Origin: Nitrospirota bacterium
Lineage (GTDB): Bacteria > Nitrospirota > Nitrospiria > 2-01-FULL-66-17
NCBI GenBank assembly: GCA_049325335.1
Contig: JBMOMC010000001.1
Span: forward strand, 192,001-256,000
Reading direction: 5' to 3'
DNA length: 64,000 bases
Within the stretch, counting starts at the first letter, position 1. Each line of letters opens with the position of its first letter. Both the position numbers and the translations under genes were made by a program. The notes under the pieces were generated by a model. That model was not told the origin of the DNA. It did not search any database and worked only from the letters and a program-made list of their open reading frames with translations. Positions 20,808 to 31,574 of this stretch are shown here, piece after piece.

Positions 20808-20867
20808 CTCGATATCCCGATTTTGACTACTGAACGCATAACACCCCACCGAGTCAGCGGAGGTAAT

Positions 20868-20883
20868 AGCAAGACACGTACCA
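20868..20883 (-). promoter_or_regulatory. Putative sigma54 promoter of the fliK...fliA operon
   Basis: Minus strand TGGTACGTGTCTTGCT = GG-N10-GC. Confidence 0.7.
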
Positions 20884-21290
20884 CCCGCCGTTCGGCATTC
20901 AGTGACGCTCTGGCACTCGTGAGACGCGCCGGGTGATCCGATGGTCAGGACACTAGGTCGTTCTTGCCTATCAACTCGGAAGAGTTTGCCAGCGTATGCC
21001 CGTTGAAGTTGGGACAAGACGCTCGTCAAGTCCATGACGATGGCAGTCAATCAATTGACGAACGTATACGATCGTCAACAAATGTCACACTGGAGTTCGT
21101 GGTGAGACGGCATTGCACAGCGGGATCACTGTTTCGTCTGGCGAGATGCTTGTTTACTTTCAACCCACTGATTTATTGATAGCTATATGCATCAATAACA
21201 GCTCGTGTAATCACCGCCACCTATAGTATGGAGTCTTCAACTCCTGTGGCCTTCTCGTGCCAAGCCTTGATGAAATACGAAGCAATTTCG

Positions 21291-21306
21291 TGGCATCGCT
21301 TTTGCT
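21291..21306 (+). promoter_or_regulatory. Putative sigma54 promoter of the TPR-flgBC-fliEFGHIJ operon
   Basis: TGGCATCGCTTTTGCT = GG-N10-GC, 18 nt before the ATG. Confidence 0.72.
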
Positions 21307-21324
21307 TTACGAGCACATGACGCT

Positions 21325-23289
21325 ATGGACAGCTTGTTGATCGTGCGTGGATGGATCGTCGTCGGACTGGTCCTTGGCATCATGGGGGCCGGGGAGCCGT
21401 CCCCCGTGTCGGCTGCAAACACGGCCCGGCAAGAACTGCCCCTGATTCCCGCGGGGCTGTCCGCGCAGGACCGCGCGGCGCTTCAACCGATTCTGTCCGC
21501 GGTTGAAACCGGCGAGTGGAACCAGGCCCTCCACACCACCCTGACACTCCGCCAACGACCGGAACCCCTGACCACGGCGCTCGATGAGTTCACCGCGTTT
21601 CTCGTCGGCGACCTGTACGCGCGTCGCGCGGCCGCGGGTGATGCTCGGCTCGCGCTGCGCGCGTTCGAGGACGCACGACGGACATTCCCCGATTCCGACA
21701 ACGCGGTCCGCGCCCTCTGGCGGATCGGACAAATTTATGCGGCCATGGATCTGGCCCAGGAAGCCATCGCCAGCTTTAAGCGCACCGCCGCCGGCAAGAC
21801 CCAGACGCCCTTCGCGATCTTGGCGCAACTGGACCTCGGCGACCTCTATCGCAACTGGGAGCAGTGGCCCGAGGCCGACGACGTGTATCGCAAACTCCGC
21901 GCGCTGAAGGTGCCGCCGGCCGAACGTATCCGGGCCGTGTTGGGGTCCGCGGAAATCGCGTCGCGCATGGGCCGCACGGAAGACGCGTACCGAATGTACC
22001 GGGACATTGAATCCGAAACCAGAGAAAACGCCGCGGGCCTATTCTCCTTCGCCGAAACCGCGTACCGCACCAAGCGGTACGAACAGGCCCGCAACCTGTT
22101 CCTCGCGTTTTACAACATCTATTCCCAAGATCCGTTGGCGCCGGTGGCGTATGCCTTTGTGGCGGACACGCTCCGCATCAACAAACACACCCGGAACGCG
22201 GAACTGGCCTACGACGAGATTATCGCCCGGCCCGCGGAATCACTGGGAGACAAACTCGGTCTGCTCATGGCCGCCATGGGGAAACGGCAACTGCGAGGGT
22301 GCGCGCCCATCCCCTCGGGATTCGACGACGAGCCGTGCCGCGGCAAGGACAAGACCGAACACAATCCGTTATGGGTCGCGCGCGATTTGGCTACGCAGGC
22401 GAGCGCATTGATTCGGGAACGACCGGCCGACCCCATCCTGCGTCGCCTGGTCTTTAATGTCGCCACGTCGCTGCGAGGCTACGGGTTAATCGACGACGCG
22501 CTCCAACTCCACCACGCCATCGTGCTCGGACTGCCGCCGTCCCCCATGAAGGATCGCCTCAATACGATTCTTCGCGACACCGCAGAAGCCGCGGTCCAAT
22601 TACACGTGCAGGCCCAGGACGATTTCGGCGCGGTGCGGGTATTCTACGCGTACCGATCCGCGTTTACTTCGGACGCCATGACCGGCCGGATCGGGTTGTC
22701 CATCGCCGAGAGCCACGCACGGCTCGGACTGATTGCCCAAGCCATTGAGTTGGCGGGCCCGATCGCCGCGAACCGTCCGCGATTTCAGGGTGAAGAGGCC
22801 CTATACATCCTGGCGGACGGGTATCGCCGCCGCGGCGAATACGACCGGGCCCAACTGCGTTTTGGACAGTACCTGAACCGTTATCCGGGAAGTCCCAGGT
22901 CCGCGGATGCGTTCGTGCACTGGGTTCACGTGGTAGAACGCCAAGGACCGGCCCAGGACACGTTCCTGCGGTATCAGGCGTGGATCAATCAATACGGAGG
23001 GACCGCCGGGGGCGGCCATGTCGCGTTGCGCGTGGCCGACTCCCTCGGCAACGCGGCCTATGTGGACGGCCGGTACCCGGACGCGGTCCGTTACTACCAG
23101 GCCGCGCTCTCCGCACCCGCGGAGGCAGATCGCGCGTGGGCGCAACTCCAATTCGGCAACAGTCTGCTGGCGAGCGGGCACCGCGAGCGCGGACTAGCCG
23201 CGCTCACAACCGCCGCGGCGGGTCCGCCCAATTCACTGACCGCCCGCTTTGCCGCGCTCAAGATGCAGGACGCCCTGGAGGCAAAATGA
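21325..23289 (+). CDS. Exported tetratricopeptide-repeat protein heading the flagellar operon
   Basis: N-terminal hydrophobic signal; repeated TPR-like helices (ALWRIGQIYA, ALYILADGYRRRGEYDRA, YPGSPRSADA). Confidence 0.8.
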   Translation: MDSLLIVRGWIVVGLVLGIMGAGEPSPVSAANTARQELPLIPAGLSAQDRAALQPILSAVETGEWNQALHTTLTLRQRPEPLTTALDEFTAFLVGDLYARRAAAGDARLALRAFEDARRTFPDSDNAVRALWRIGQIYAAMDLAQEAIASFKRTAAGKTQTPFAILAQLDLGDLYRNWEQWPEADDVYRKLRALKVPPAERIRAVLGSAEIASRMGRTEDAYRMYRDIESETRENAAGLFSFAETAYRTKRYEQARNLFLAFYNIYSQDPLAPVAYAFVADTLRINKHTRNAELAYDEIIARPAESLGDKLGLLMAAMGKRQLRGCAPIPSGFDDEPCRGKDKTEHNPLWVARDLATQASALIRERPADPILRRLVFNVATSLRGYGLIDDALQLHHAIVLGLPPSPMKDRLNTILRDTAEAAVQLHVQAQDDFGAVRVFYAYRSAFTSDAMTGRIGLSIAESHARLGLIAQAIELAGPIAANRPRFQGEEALYILADGYRRRGEYDRAQLRFGQYLNRYPGSPRSADAFVHWVHVVERQGPAQDTFLRYQAWINQYGGTAGGGHVALRVADSLGNAAYVDGRYPDAVRYYQAALSAPAEADRAWAQLQFGNSLLASGHRERGLAALTTAAAGPPNSLTARFAALKMQDALEAK

Positions 23290-23341
23290 GCACCGTCCCT
23301 GACACCGCCCGATCCACTTGGGGCTTTCCGGAGGAGAGAGC

Positions 23342-24790
23342 ATGACGCAAGTCGGCCAGAAACCGATCGTGGTGGTTGACGATGATCCGCAGGTCTGCGC
23401 GCTGCTCGCGTTAATGTTGCGACGCATCGGGCACACGGTGTTGTCCGCCGCGGACGGCGAAGAAGCCCTCGCCCTGATTGATCGACACCCCACGGCCTTG
23501 GTCGTGGCCGATATGTCGTTGCCGGGTATGAGCGGGATCGAGCTGTTTCACGCGGTCAAACAGCGCCGCCCCGGGCTGCCGTTCATCTTTATCTCGGGCG
23601 TCGGCACGATCGAAGGCGCAGTAGACGCCATGAAATCGGGGGGCGTGGACTTTCTGGTCAAACCGATCTCGCAGGAAACCATCGCGACCGTGGTCCGCCG
23701 GGTCTTGCACCCGCAACTCGCCGGACCCGGGCAACCGCCCGGCGCAGGAACCAAGGGCGTCTTGACCCGCGACCCCGGCATGCTCAAAACCCTCAAAATG
23801 GCGCAAACCGTGGCCGCGAGCCACGCCACGATCCTGATCGAAGGCGAAAGCGGGACCGGGAAAGAACTACTGGCCCGGTTTATCTACGAACACAGCTCGC
23901 GCGCCGACCGGCCGTTCGTGGCGATCAACTGCGCCGCGGTGCCGGAAGGGCTCATGGAAAGCGAATTGTTCGGGTACGAAAAGGGCGCGTTCACCGGCGC
24001 GGTGGCCAAAAAACCCGGTCGCTTCGAGCTCGCCCACACCGGCACGCTCTTGTTGGATGAAATCGGCGAATTACCCGTGTTCCTGCAAAGCAAACTCCTG
24101 CGCGTGCTCCAGGAACGAGAGGTCGATGTGTTGGGCGGAAAACGGCCGCTTGCGCTCGACGTGCGCGTGATCGCCAGCACCAACCGCTCGTTGTGGGAAG
24201 AGGTCAAGGCTGGGCGGTTCCGCGAGGACCTGTACTACCGGCTCAACGTGTTCCCGCTGCGTGTGCCGCCGCTGCGACAGCGGCCCGGGGATATCCCGTT
24301 GCTGGTGGAACACTTTGTCGCGCGCGCGTGTGAAGAGCACCGCAAGCCCCGGCTGGCCATCGCGCCCGACGCGATGGCCTCGCTCGCCGCCCGCGAGTGG
24401 CGCGGCAACATTCGTGAGCTGCAAAACGTGGTGGGACGGGCGGTGTTGCTGGCCGAAGACGGCGTGATCGCGCCGGAACACGTGTTCGCGGGCCAAGAGC
24501 CCCAGGCCGCGCCGTCCACCGCGTTTCGACCCGGCACCACCGTGTGGGAAGCCGAGCGGAATCTGATCCTCGCGACGCTGGAGCGCGTCGGGGGCAACCG
24601 AACCCACGCGGCCAAAATCCTCGGCATCAGCATCCGAACCTTACGCAACAAACTGCACCAGTACCGGGGCATCGCGTCCGCCGGAGCCGATCTCCATCCC
24701 GTCCCTCCTGCGGCCGGAACCGGTCGCGGGGAAACCGCCGGCGAGGCCGCCAACAACGAGTCGTGGTGGCCCCGCGTGGTAGGGTTCTGA
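23342..24790 (+). CDS. Sigma54-dependent response regulator (FleR/FlrC-like; REC-AAA+-Fis HTH)
   Basis: [55 protein letters not shown]. Confidence 0.93.
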   Translation: MTQVGQKPIVVVDDDPQVCALLALMLRRIGHTVLSAADGEEALALIDRHPTALVVADMSLPGMSGIELFHAVKQRRPGLPFIFISGVGTIEGAVDAMKSGGVDFLVKPISQETIATVVRRVLHPQLAGPGQPPGAGTKGVLTRDPGMLKTLKMAQTVAASHATILIEGESGTGKELLARFIYEHSSRADRPFVAINCAAVPEGLMESELFGYEKGAFTGAVAKKPGRFELAHTGTLLLDEIGELPVFLQSKLLRVLQEREVDVLGGKRPLALDVRVIASTNRSLWEEVKAGRFREDLYYRLNVFPLRVPPLRQRPGDIPLLVEHFVARACEEHRKPRLAIAPDAMASLAAREWRGNIRELQNVVGRAVLLAEDGVIAPEHVFAGQEPQAAPSTAFRPGTTVWEAERNLILATLERVGGNRTHAAKILGISIRTLRNKLHQYRGIASAGADLHPVPPAAGTGRGETAGEAANNESWWPRVVGF

Positions 24791-24791
24791 C

Positions 24792-25190
24792 GTGCCCATC
24801 CACGCGTTCGACCACACCATGGGCCTGCTCGCCCGATTTCTCGACGGGAGCGCCGCCAAACACCACGCCATCGCCTCCAACCTGGCCAACCAGGATACGC
24901 CGGGCTACCGGGCGGTGGACGTCTCGTTTCAGAGCGCGTTGACCGACGCGTCGGGCGCCGCGCTCGCGCCTCTCGCCACCCAGCCGGGGCACGTGGCGGC
25001 CGCGCCAACGGCGTTTGCCGGAATCACCACGACCGCCGACGCCCACACCACGCGACTGGACGGCAACACCGTCAGCGTGGAGCACGAGATGGCCAAATTG
25101 GCGGAAAACACGTTGCTGTACCAAACCGGCGCCGAACTCTTGTCCGCAAAATTTCGTCTGCTCAAAACCGCGATCAGAGAAGGGAGATAA
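24792..25190 (+). CDS. flgB: Flagellar basal-body rod protein FlgB
   Basis: ASNLANQDTPGY, DGNTVSVEHEM. Confidence 0.94.
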   Translation: MPIHAFDHTMGLLARFLDGSAAKHHAIASNLANQDTPGYRAVDVSFQSALTDASGAALAPLATQPGHVAAAPTAFAGITTTADAHTTRLDGNTVSVEHEMAKLAENTLLYQTGAELLSAKFRLLKTAIREGR

Positions 25191-25193
25191 CCC

Positions 25194-25631
25194 ATGAGTT
25201 TTGACCACGCATTTTCCGTGTTGGCCTCGGGCCTCGAGGCCCAACGCGCGCGACTCGCCGCGGTATCCAGCAATTTGGCGAACGTGCAGACCACGCGCAC
25301 GCCCGAGGGCGGGCCGTACCGTCGTCAAGACGTGGTGTTTACCGCCGCGCCGGTGGAGCCCTCGTTCGAAGGCGCGTTGTCCTCGCAGCTTGAGGCGTTG
25401 GATCGGGGCGTGGAAGTCTCCGCGGTGGTCAAGGACCCACGGCCGTTTAAAAGCGTGTATGAACCCGGGCACCCCGACGCAAACGAGGATGGGTACGTGC
25501 AGTATCCCAACATCAATCCCATGGAAGAAATGGTCAACATGATGTCCGCGCTCCGGTCCTATGAAGCCAATGTCACGGCCGTGAACGCAACCAAGAGCAT
25601 GGCCATGAAAGCCTTGGACATCGGCCGGTAA
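25194..25631 (+). CDS. flgC: Flagellar basal-body rod protein FlgC
   Basis: GGPYRRQ, YEPGHPDA, RSYEAN. Confidence 0.96.
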   Translation: MSFDHAFSVLASGLEAQRARLAAVSSNLANVQTTRTPEGGPYRRQDVVFTAAPVEPSFEGALSSQLEALDRGVEVSAVVKDPRPFKSVYEPGHPDANEDGYVQYPNINPMEEMVNMMSALRSYEANVTAVNATKSMAMKALDIGR

Positions 25632-25657
25632 CGGGCATCGCGACAGGAGACCTCCCG

Positions 25658-25948
25658 ATGGATATTTCACGAATCGGCCCAGCCATCCCGCCTGCGACGG
25701 CGGCGCCGCCCGCGACCGCCGCGGACGGTCCCGCGTTCGGCGCCGCGTTGGCGGAATCCATCGGACGCGTCGACCACAGCTTGCAGGGAGCCGACCAGGC
25801 GATCACGGCGTTGGCCACGGGACAGTCCGACCATATCCACCAGGCCATGATCGCGGTGGAACAGGCCGGGATCAGCTTGGAGTTGATGCTCCAGATCCGC
25901 AACAAGATTATCGCCGCCTACGACGAAATCAGCCGGATGCAGATGTAG
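25658..25948 (+). CDS. fliE: Hook-basal body protein FliE
   Basis: QIRNKIIAAYDEISRMQM. Confidence 0.94.
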   Translation: MDISRIGPAIPPATAAPPATAADGPAFGAALAESIGRVDHSLQGADQAITALATGQSDHIHQAMIAVEQAGISLELMLQIRNKIIAAYDEISRMQM

Positions 25949-25973
25949 GCGCTCCGTCGCGTAAACGCGCGGC

Positions 25974-27545
25974 ATGGCCGAGGACGGGACGACGATGGCT
26001 CAAGGATTCGCCGACATGAGTTTGGGACGCAAGGTCTTCCTGCTGGTGACCTTGGCGCTCGCGATCGCCGGAATCAGCGTGGTTTGGCTGTGGCTGCAAA
26101 AGCCGAACTTGCAGGTCCTGTACACGAACCTGTCCACGGACGACGCGGGCGCGGTGACCGCCAAGCTGCGGGAAAGCCGCGTGCCGTACGAGCTCTCCGC
26201 GGACGGCACCGCCGTGTTCGTGCCGGGCGACAAGGTCCACGAGCTGCGCATGCAGCTCGCGACCGACGGCTTGCCCCAGGGCGGCGGCGTCGGGTTTGAA
26301 TTGTTCGATCGCACCTCGCTCGGTACCACCGAATTCGTGCAAAAACTCAACTATCGCCGGGCGCTGCAAGGGGAACTGGCCCGAACCATCGGGCAGTTCG
26401 TGGAAATCCTGTCGGCTCGCGTGCACCTGGTGGTCCCTGAACGGGCCTTGTTCGCCGATCAACGCGAACCGTCCCGCGCATCCGTCGTCGTCACCCTGCG
26501 GCCGGGCAAACAACTCTCCGCCAGCCAGGTCCAGGGTATCGTGCATTTGGTCGCCAGCAGCGTGGAAGGCCTCACTCCCACCGCGGTCACCGTGGTGGAC
26601 AGCCACGGCCAAATGTTGTCCCGATCCTCCGGCGGCTCGGATCAAGACACCGCGTCGGCGGGGCAACTCGATTTCCAGCGCGGGCTGGAAAAAACCATCG
26701 AAACCAAGGTCCAAACCATGCTCGAACGCGTGGTGGGAGCGGGCAAAGCCGTGGTCAGGGTTTCCAGCGTGCTGGACCTGCGGAAAGTCGAATTCACCGA
26801 GGAAAAATTCGACCCCGACACCCAGGTGGTCCGTAGCGAACAACGGACGCAAGAGAGCCGCACGGATTCCTCCACCGCCGGAACCCCGTCCGGGATTCCC
26901 GGCGTGTTGTCCAACGTGCCCCCCGCGACGCCGGGCGCCGAATCCGGAGGCGGCAGCCAAAACGCCTCATCGAAGCGCAACGAAGTGATCAACTACGAGA
27001 TCAGCAAAACCGTGAGCCGAATCGTGGAACCCACGGGCACGATCAAACAATTGTCGGTGGCAGTCCTGGTGGACGGCACGTACGAAGCCCCGCCCGACGG
27101 CGCGGACGGCCCCGGCAAATATGTTCCGCGCAGCGAGGAGGAAATGGGCAAACTCACCGAGTTGGTGAAAAAAGCCATGGGGTTCTCCGACGCGCGTCAG
27201 GATCAAGTAGAAGTCCTCAACGTGCCCTTTGAAACCGGCGCGCTCACGGACGGCGGCGAGGCGCCGTCCGAGGCCGAGTCCTCGCTCGCGCAATTCGTGC
27301 CCTACGCGCGGTATGGCACCGGCCTGGCCCTGGCGTTGATCGTCGTGCTGTTCGTGATCCGCCCGATCCTCGCCATGCTCATGGCCGCCCCCGCGGCCCC
27401 GACCGGCGCCATCGGCGTCCAGCTCCAGGAGGCCGCATTGGTTCCGGCGCAGCCCGCGGTTCGGCGCGAAGACGTGGTCGCGCTCACCAAACAGAATCCC
27501 CTGGTGGCTACGCAGGTGGTGAAAAAATGGATGAAAGAATCGTAG
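25974..27545 (+). CDS. fliF: Flagellar M-ring protein FliF
   Basis: GVGFELFD, RALQGELARTI, ARVHLV, NYEISKT, LSVAVLVDG. Confidence 0.96.
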   Translation: MAEDGTTMAQGFADMSLGRKVFLLVTLALAIAGISVVWLWLQKPNLQVLYTNLSTDDAGAVTAKLRESRVPYELSADGTAVFVPGDKVHELRMQLATDGLPQGGGVGFELFDRTSLGTTEFVQKLNYRRALQGELARTIGQFVEILSARVHLVVPERALFADQREPSRASVVVTLRPGKQLSASQVQGIVHLVASSVEGLTPTAVTVVDSHGQMLSRSSGGSDQDTASAGQLDFQRGLEKTIETKVQTMLERVVGAGKAVVRVSSVLDLRKVEFTEEKFDPDTQVVRSEQRTQESRTDSSTAGTPSGIPGVLSNVPPATPGAESGGGSQNASSKRNEVINYEISKTVSRIVEPTGTIKQLSVAVLVDGTYEAPPDGADGPGKYVPRSEEEMGKLTELVKKAMGFSDARQDQVEVLNVPFETGALTDGGEAPSEAESSLAQFVPYARYGTGLALALIVVLFVIRPILAMLMAAPAAPTGAIGVQLQEAALVPAQPAVRREDVVALTKQNPLVATQVVKKWMKES

Positions 27546-27549
27546 CTCC

Positions 27550-28551
27550 ATGGCGCGTAAGCTGACCGGTCCCGATAAAACCGCGATCCTCCTGATGACG
27601 CTGGGCGAGGATATGGCCGCCGAGGTCATGAAGACTCTCGACCCCAAGGACATTCGAAAGATCGGGGCCATGATCGCGCGGCTGACCGACGTGCCCGAAG
27701 AGGACGTGGCCCAGGTGCTGCAAGAATTCACGGATCAGGCGGGCAAGGGCATGGGGCTGAGCTTGGAAGGCAAAGACTACATCCAATCCGTCCTGACCAA
27801 AGCATTGGGCAAAGACCGGGCCACTCGTGTGCTGGAAACGCTCAGCGCCGCAGAGGAAGGCGGGTTGGAATCCCTCAAATGGATGGACCCCAAATCCATC
27901 GCGGGCCTCATCCGCGGCGAACACCCGCAAACCGTGGCGTTGATCCTCAGCAACTTGGACTCCGATCAGAGCGGACAAATCGTCCGGCATCTGCCCGCGA
28001 ACATGCGCAGCGACGTCATGCTCCGAATGGCCACGATCGAAGAGATCCCGCCCGGCGTGTTGAAGGAAGTCAGCGAGGTGTTGCAGGATGAAATGAAACG
28101 GGTCGGGACCGCCGGCGGAGTGAAAGTGGGCGGAGCCAAAATGGTCGCGGACATTCTCAACCGTTTGGACCATGCGTCGGAAGAAGCGGTCTTGACCTCC
28201 ATCGCGCAGAACAACCCGGACCTGGCCGAACAGATTCGCCAGATGATGTTCGTCTTTGAAGATTTGGCCAAACTCGACGACCGCGCCATGCAACAGGTTC
28301 TCAAAGAGATCCCCAAAGAGGCGTTGGGGCTCGCGCTCAAGGCCGCGAAAGACGAGATCAAAGACAAGTTCTTCAAAAATATGTCCAGCCGCGCGGTCGA
28401 GATCCTCAAGGAGGATATGGAGGCCAAGGGCCCGGTCAAACTCAGCGAGGTCGAAAAAGCGCAACAGTCCATCTTAAAAATCGCGCAAAAGCTGGCCGAA
28501 GAAGGCAAGATCGTGCTCGGAGGCAAGGGTGACACAGACGAACTGGTCTAA
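27550..28551 (+). CDS. fliG: Flagellar motor switch protein FliG
   Basis: EHPQTVALIL, MFVFEDL, NMSSRA, GPVKLSEVE. Confidence 0.96.
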   Translation: MARKLTGPDKTAILLMTLGEDMAAEVMKTLDPKDIRKIGAMIARLTDVPEEDVAQVLQEFTDQAGKGMGLSLEGKDYIQSVLTKALGKDRATRVLETLSAAEEGGLESLKWMDPKSIAGLIRGEHPQTVALILSNLDSDQSGQIVRHLPANMRSDVMLRMATIEEIPPGVLKEVSEVLQDEMKRVGTAGGVKVGGAKMVADILNRLDHASEEAVLTSIAQNNPDLAEQIRQMMFVFEDLAKLDDRAMQQVLKEIPKEALGLALKAAKDEIKDKFFKNMSSRAVEILKEDMEAKGPVKLSEVEKAQQSILKIAQKLAEEGKIVLGGKGDTDELV

Positions 28552-29161
28552 GATCGTCAAGGCCGACCTGGCGGAAGACTCCGCCGTCGCCGCGTACAAC
28601 CTTCGCGAAGTCTCGGGGATCCTGGCGCCTCGGCACGGCGGCGGACCGAGCGGCCGCGGCACCGGCGAGCGCAACGGGTACGAGGAGGGCTTCGCCTCGG
28701 GCCAGCGCGCGGGGCGCGACGCCGGCTTGAAGGAAACCGAAGCCGCGCGACGCGCATTGGCCGCGTTGATGACCGAACTGACCACGTTGCGCAGCGCCCT
28801 CCTGGCGCGGTACGAGCAAGAACTGGTCGGTCTGGTGTTTGCCGCGGCCGACCGAGTCTTGGGCGGGGAAGCGGCCCGCCATCCGGAACTGCCGCTGGCG
28901 TATATCCGAGAAGCCGTCGATAAATTGGGCCGCACCGATCGGATCGTGATTCGCGCGCATCCCGATGACGTGGACCGCCTGACCCGCGAGTTGGCCGCCC
29001 ATGCGCCCGACCAAGGGCCGCAATTGCGCGTGGAAGCCGACCCCTCGCTGCGCCAGGGCGAGTGCGTGGCCGAAACCCCGCAGCGCGCGGTGGACGCGCG
29101 GTGGACAAGCCAACTGGCGGCCTTGGACCACGCGGTCCGACGCGGAGACGCGCCGTCGTGA
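28529..29161 (+). CDS. fliH: Flagellar assembly protein FliH
   Basis: GxxxG repeats GYEEGFASGQRAG, IRAHPDD; between fliG and fliI. Confidence 0.88.
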   Translation: MTQTNWSKIVKADLAEDSAVAAYNLREVSGILAPRHGGGPSGRGTGERNGYEEGFASGQRAGRDAGLKETEAARRALAALMTELTTLRSALLARYEQELVGLVFAAADRVLGGEAARHPELPLAYIREAVDKLGRTDRIVIRAHPDDVDRLTRELAAHAPDQGPQLRVEADPSLRQGECVAETPQRAVDARWTSQLAALDHAVRRGDAPS

Positions 29162-30474
29162 CCGTCGAGATCGACCGCATCCGCGAGGTGATCGCCTCGA
29201 GCGACCCGCGCCCGGCCCACGGCCGCATTTCCCGCGCGGTGGGCTTGGTGCTGGAAGGATACGCGCCCGCCTGCGCGATCGGCGACGTGTGCGAAATTCG
29301 CTCGCGCCCCCAGGGTCCGTCCATCCGGGCCGAGGTCGTCGGATTTCGGGATGACAAGGCGCTGCTCATGCCGCTCGGCGACCTCACCGACATCGGCCCC
29401 GGCAGCCTGGTGGTGGACACGGGAGAACCGCCCACGGTGGCGGTCGGCGACGGGCTGCTGGGCCGCGTCATCGACGGACTCGGACGCCCCTTGGACGGCC
29501 GGCCCCCGATGGTTCCCCAGGCCGCGTATCGACTCCACGCCACCCCGCCCAACCCCATGCGTCGTCGTCGGATCAGCGCCCCGTTGGATCTCGGCATCCG
29601 CGCGATCAACGGACTGCTCACGTGCGGCAGAGGACAACGCGTCGGCGTCTTCGCGGGCAGCGGCGTGGGCAAAAGCGTGTTGTTGGGCATGATGGCCCGT
29701 TACACCGCCGCGGACGTGACCGTCATCGCGTTGGTGGGTGAACGCGGGCGCGAAGTACGGGATTTCATCGACAAGAATTTGGGCCTGGAGGGTCTCCGGC
29801 GTTCGGTCGTGGTGGTCGCCACGTCCGACCAACCCTCGTTGGTGCGCGTGCGCGGAGCCCTGACCGCCATGGCAATCGCGGAGTTTTTTCGCGACCAGGG
29901 CCGACACGTGTTGCTGATGATGGACTCGCTCACCCGCCTGGCCCACGCGCAACGCGAAATCGGTCTGGCGTCGGGCGAACCCCCGACCACCAAGGGCTAC
30001 ACCCCGTCCGTGTTCGCCCTGCTGCCCCGCTTTTTAGAGCGCGCCGGCACCGCCGACGGATCGGGAACCATCACCGGGCTGTTTACGGTCCTCGTCGAGG
30101 GGGATGACTTGACGGACCCGATTCCGGACGCGGCGCGAGCGATTCTCGACGGCCACATCATCCTGTCCCGCGAACTGGCAGCGCAAAATCAATACCCGGC
30201 CATCGACCTGCTGCGCAGCGCCAGCCGCGTCATGATCGACGTGGTCGAGGCGCGTCAACTGGACGACGCGCGTCGGCTGGCCGAGCTGCTCGCCGCATAC
30301 GACCGCGCCAAGGAACTCATTCAAATCGGCGCGTACAAACCCGGCTCGGACCCCGCGGTGGATCGCGCGCTGGCAAAATGGGACCGCATCCGGGCGTATT
30401 TTCATCAAGGGATGGACCAACGCGTGGACCTGGCGACCAGCGCGCAGGATCTCGCGCGTCTCGTGGAGAACTGA
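29158..30474 (+). CDS. fliI: Flagellum-specific ATPase FliI
   Basis: GSGVGKS, GERGREV, MDSLTR, GEPPTTKGY; GTG start coupled to the fliH stop. Confidence 0.96.
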   Translation: MTVEIDRIREVIASSDPRPAHGRISRAVGLVLEGYAPACAIGDVCEIRSRPQGPSIRAEVVGFRDDKALLMPLGDLTDIGPGSLVVDTGEPPTVAVGDGLLGRVIDGLGRPLDGRPPMVPQAAYRLHATPPNPMRRRRISAPLDLGIRAINGLLTCGRGQRVGVFAGSGVGKSVLLGMMARYTAADVTVIALVGERGREVRDFIDKNLGLEGLRRSVVVVATSDQPSLVRVRGALTAMAIAEFFRDQGRHVLLMMDSLTRLAHAQREIGLASGEPPTTKGYTPSVFALLPRFLERAGTADGSGTITGLFTVLVEGDDLTDPIPDAARAILDGHIILSRELAAQNQYPAIDLLRSASRVMIDVVEARQLDDARRLAELLAAYDRAKELIQIGAYKPGSDPAVDRALAKWDRIRAYFHQGMDQRVDLATSAQDLARLVEN

Positions 30475-30520
30475 CGCGGCCGCGGCGGGCCGCATCGGAA
30501 TCTCCAGGGAGGGAACGATC

Positions 30521-30970
30521 ATGCCGCCTACGAAACTTCACTCCGTGAGTCGTCTGCGGCAACGTCGCGTCGACGAGCTGCGGAAAGAATACGCGGAACT
30601 CCTAGACCAGCTTCACGAAGAAGAGGCTCGTGGGGACGCGATGCAGGCCCTCTTAGACCAGACCCTGCAAGCGGTCGCGCGCCAGATGCACGACGCGATC
30701 ACACCCCGGGAATTGGAGGCGTATTATCGATTCGTGGCCTACCAATCCACGGAACTTCAGGGCCACCGCTCCGCGCTCGATCAACTGCGCGCCGTGTGCG
30801 AGGAAAAACGCACGATCTTGGTCCAGGCCAAACAAGACGAGCGGGTGATCGTGGAACTCGAACGCGCCCACCACGCAAGAGAACGACGAGCCTCCGACAA
30901 ACGCGAACAACACGCGGCGGACGAATTCCTGACCCGGCGCGCCGTCATGAAGGCTCCGTCCGATGACTGA
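30521..30970 (+). CDS. fliJ: Flagellar export chaperone FliJ
   Basis: 149-aa coiled coil after fliI ending KREQHAADE. Confidence 0.82.
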   Translation: MPPTKLHSVSRLRQRRVDELRKEYAELLDQLHEEEARGDAMQALLDQTLQAVARQMHDAITPRELEAYYRFVAYQSTELQGHRSALDQLRAVCEEKRTILVQAKQDERVIVELERAHHARERRASDKREQHAADEFLTRRAVMKAPSDD

Positions 30971-31535
30971 ACCGTCCGCGACCGTGGAAACCGCACGAGC
31001 CGATGCGCTCGCGCGCCCGTGGATCGCGGCGATCTGCGTACTCGGTCTGCTGTGCGCCGGGGCGGGAGCCCCAGGCGCACCGCCCGCCGACGGCCCATCG
31101 GCGCCGGAAGCGACTGCGGACCAAGAGCCGTCCACGCCGGAAGCCTTGCTGAAAGCCATGAAGCAGCGCGAAGACGAACTCAACCAACGCGCCGATGTCC
31201 TGCACCAACAGGAGCAACGCCTCAAAATCATGGACCAGGACCTTCGGGCCATGATGGACAAATACGTGAAGCTGCGCGACGAGGCGCTGCAGAAAGCCAA
31301 ACAAGCCGCGGGCTCGGATCAGGCGAGCGACGACTCCAAATACGCCCAATTGGCCAAAGTGTACGAACAAATGGCGGCAGACGAAGCCGCGGCGCGGATC
31401 GAGAAGATGGACGAGGCCGTCGCGCTCAAGATTCTGGCCGTCGCGAAACCCAAGGCCGCCGCCAAAATTCTGATGGGCCTCCCGGCCGCCAAAGCGGCCC
31501 GCCTGAGCGAACGCCTCGCGACCGGACGCAAGTAA
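30963..31535 (+). CDS. MotE/YlxF-like flagellar protein (coiled coil + MgtE-N-like domain)
   Basis: LAKVYEQMAADEAAARIEKMD...KPKAAAKILMGL; follows fliJ. Confidence 0.75.
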   Translation: MTEPSATVETARADALARPWIAAICVLGLLCAGAGAPGAPPADGPSAPEATADQEPSTPEALLKAMKQREDELNQRADVLHQQEQRLKIMDQDLRAMMDKYVKLRDEALQKAKQAAGSDQASDDSKYAQLAKVYEQMAADEAAARIEKMDEAVALKILAVAKPKAAAKILMGLPAAKAARLSERLATGRK

Positions 31536-31574
31536 TCGGTCGTACGGGACGACCCGCCCGCCGCGCGCGGCGGG

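Noticed and set aside
20808..21050. N-terminal 81 codons of the 544-aa fliK ORF
   Set aside because: Overlap a sigma54 promoter and AT-rich intergenic DNA; the real start is probably at or after 20807
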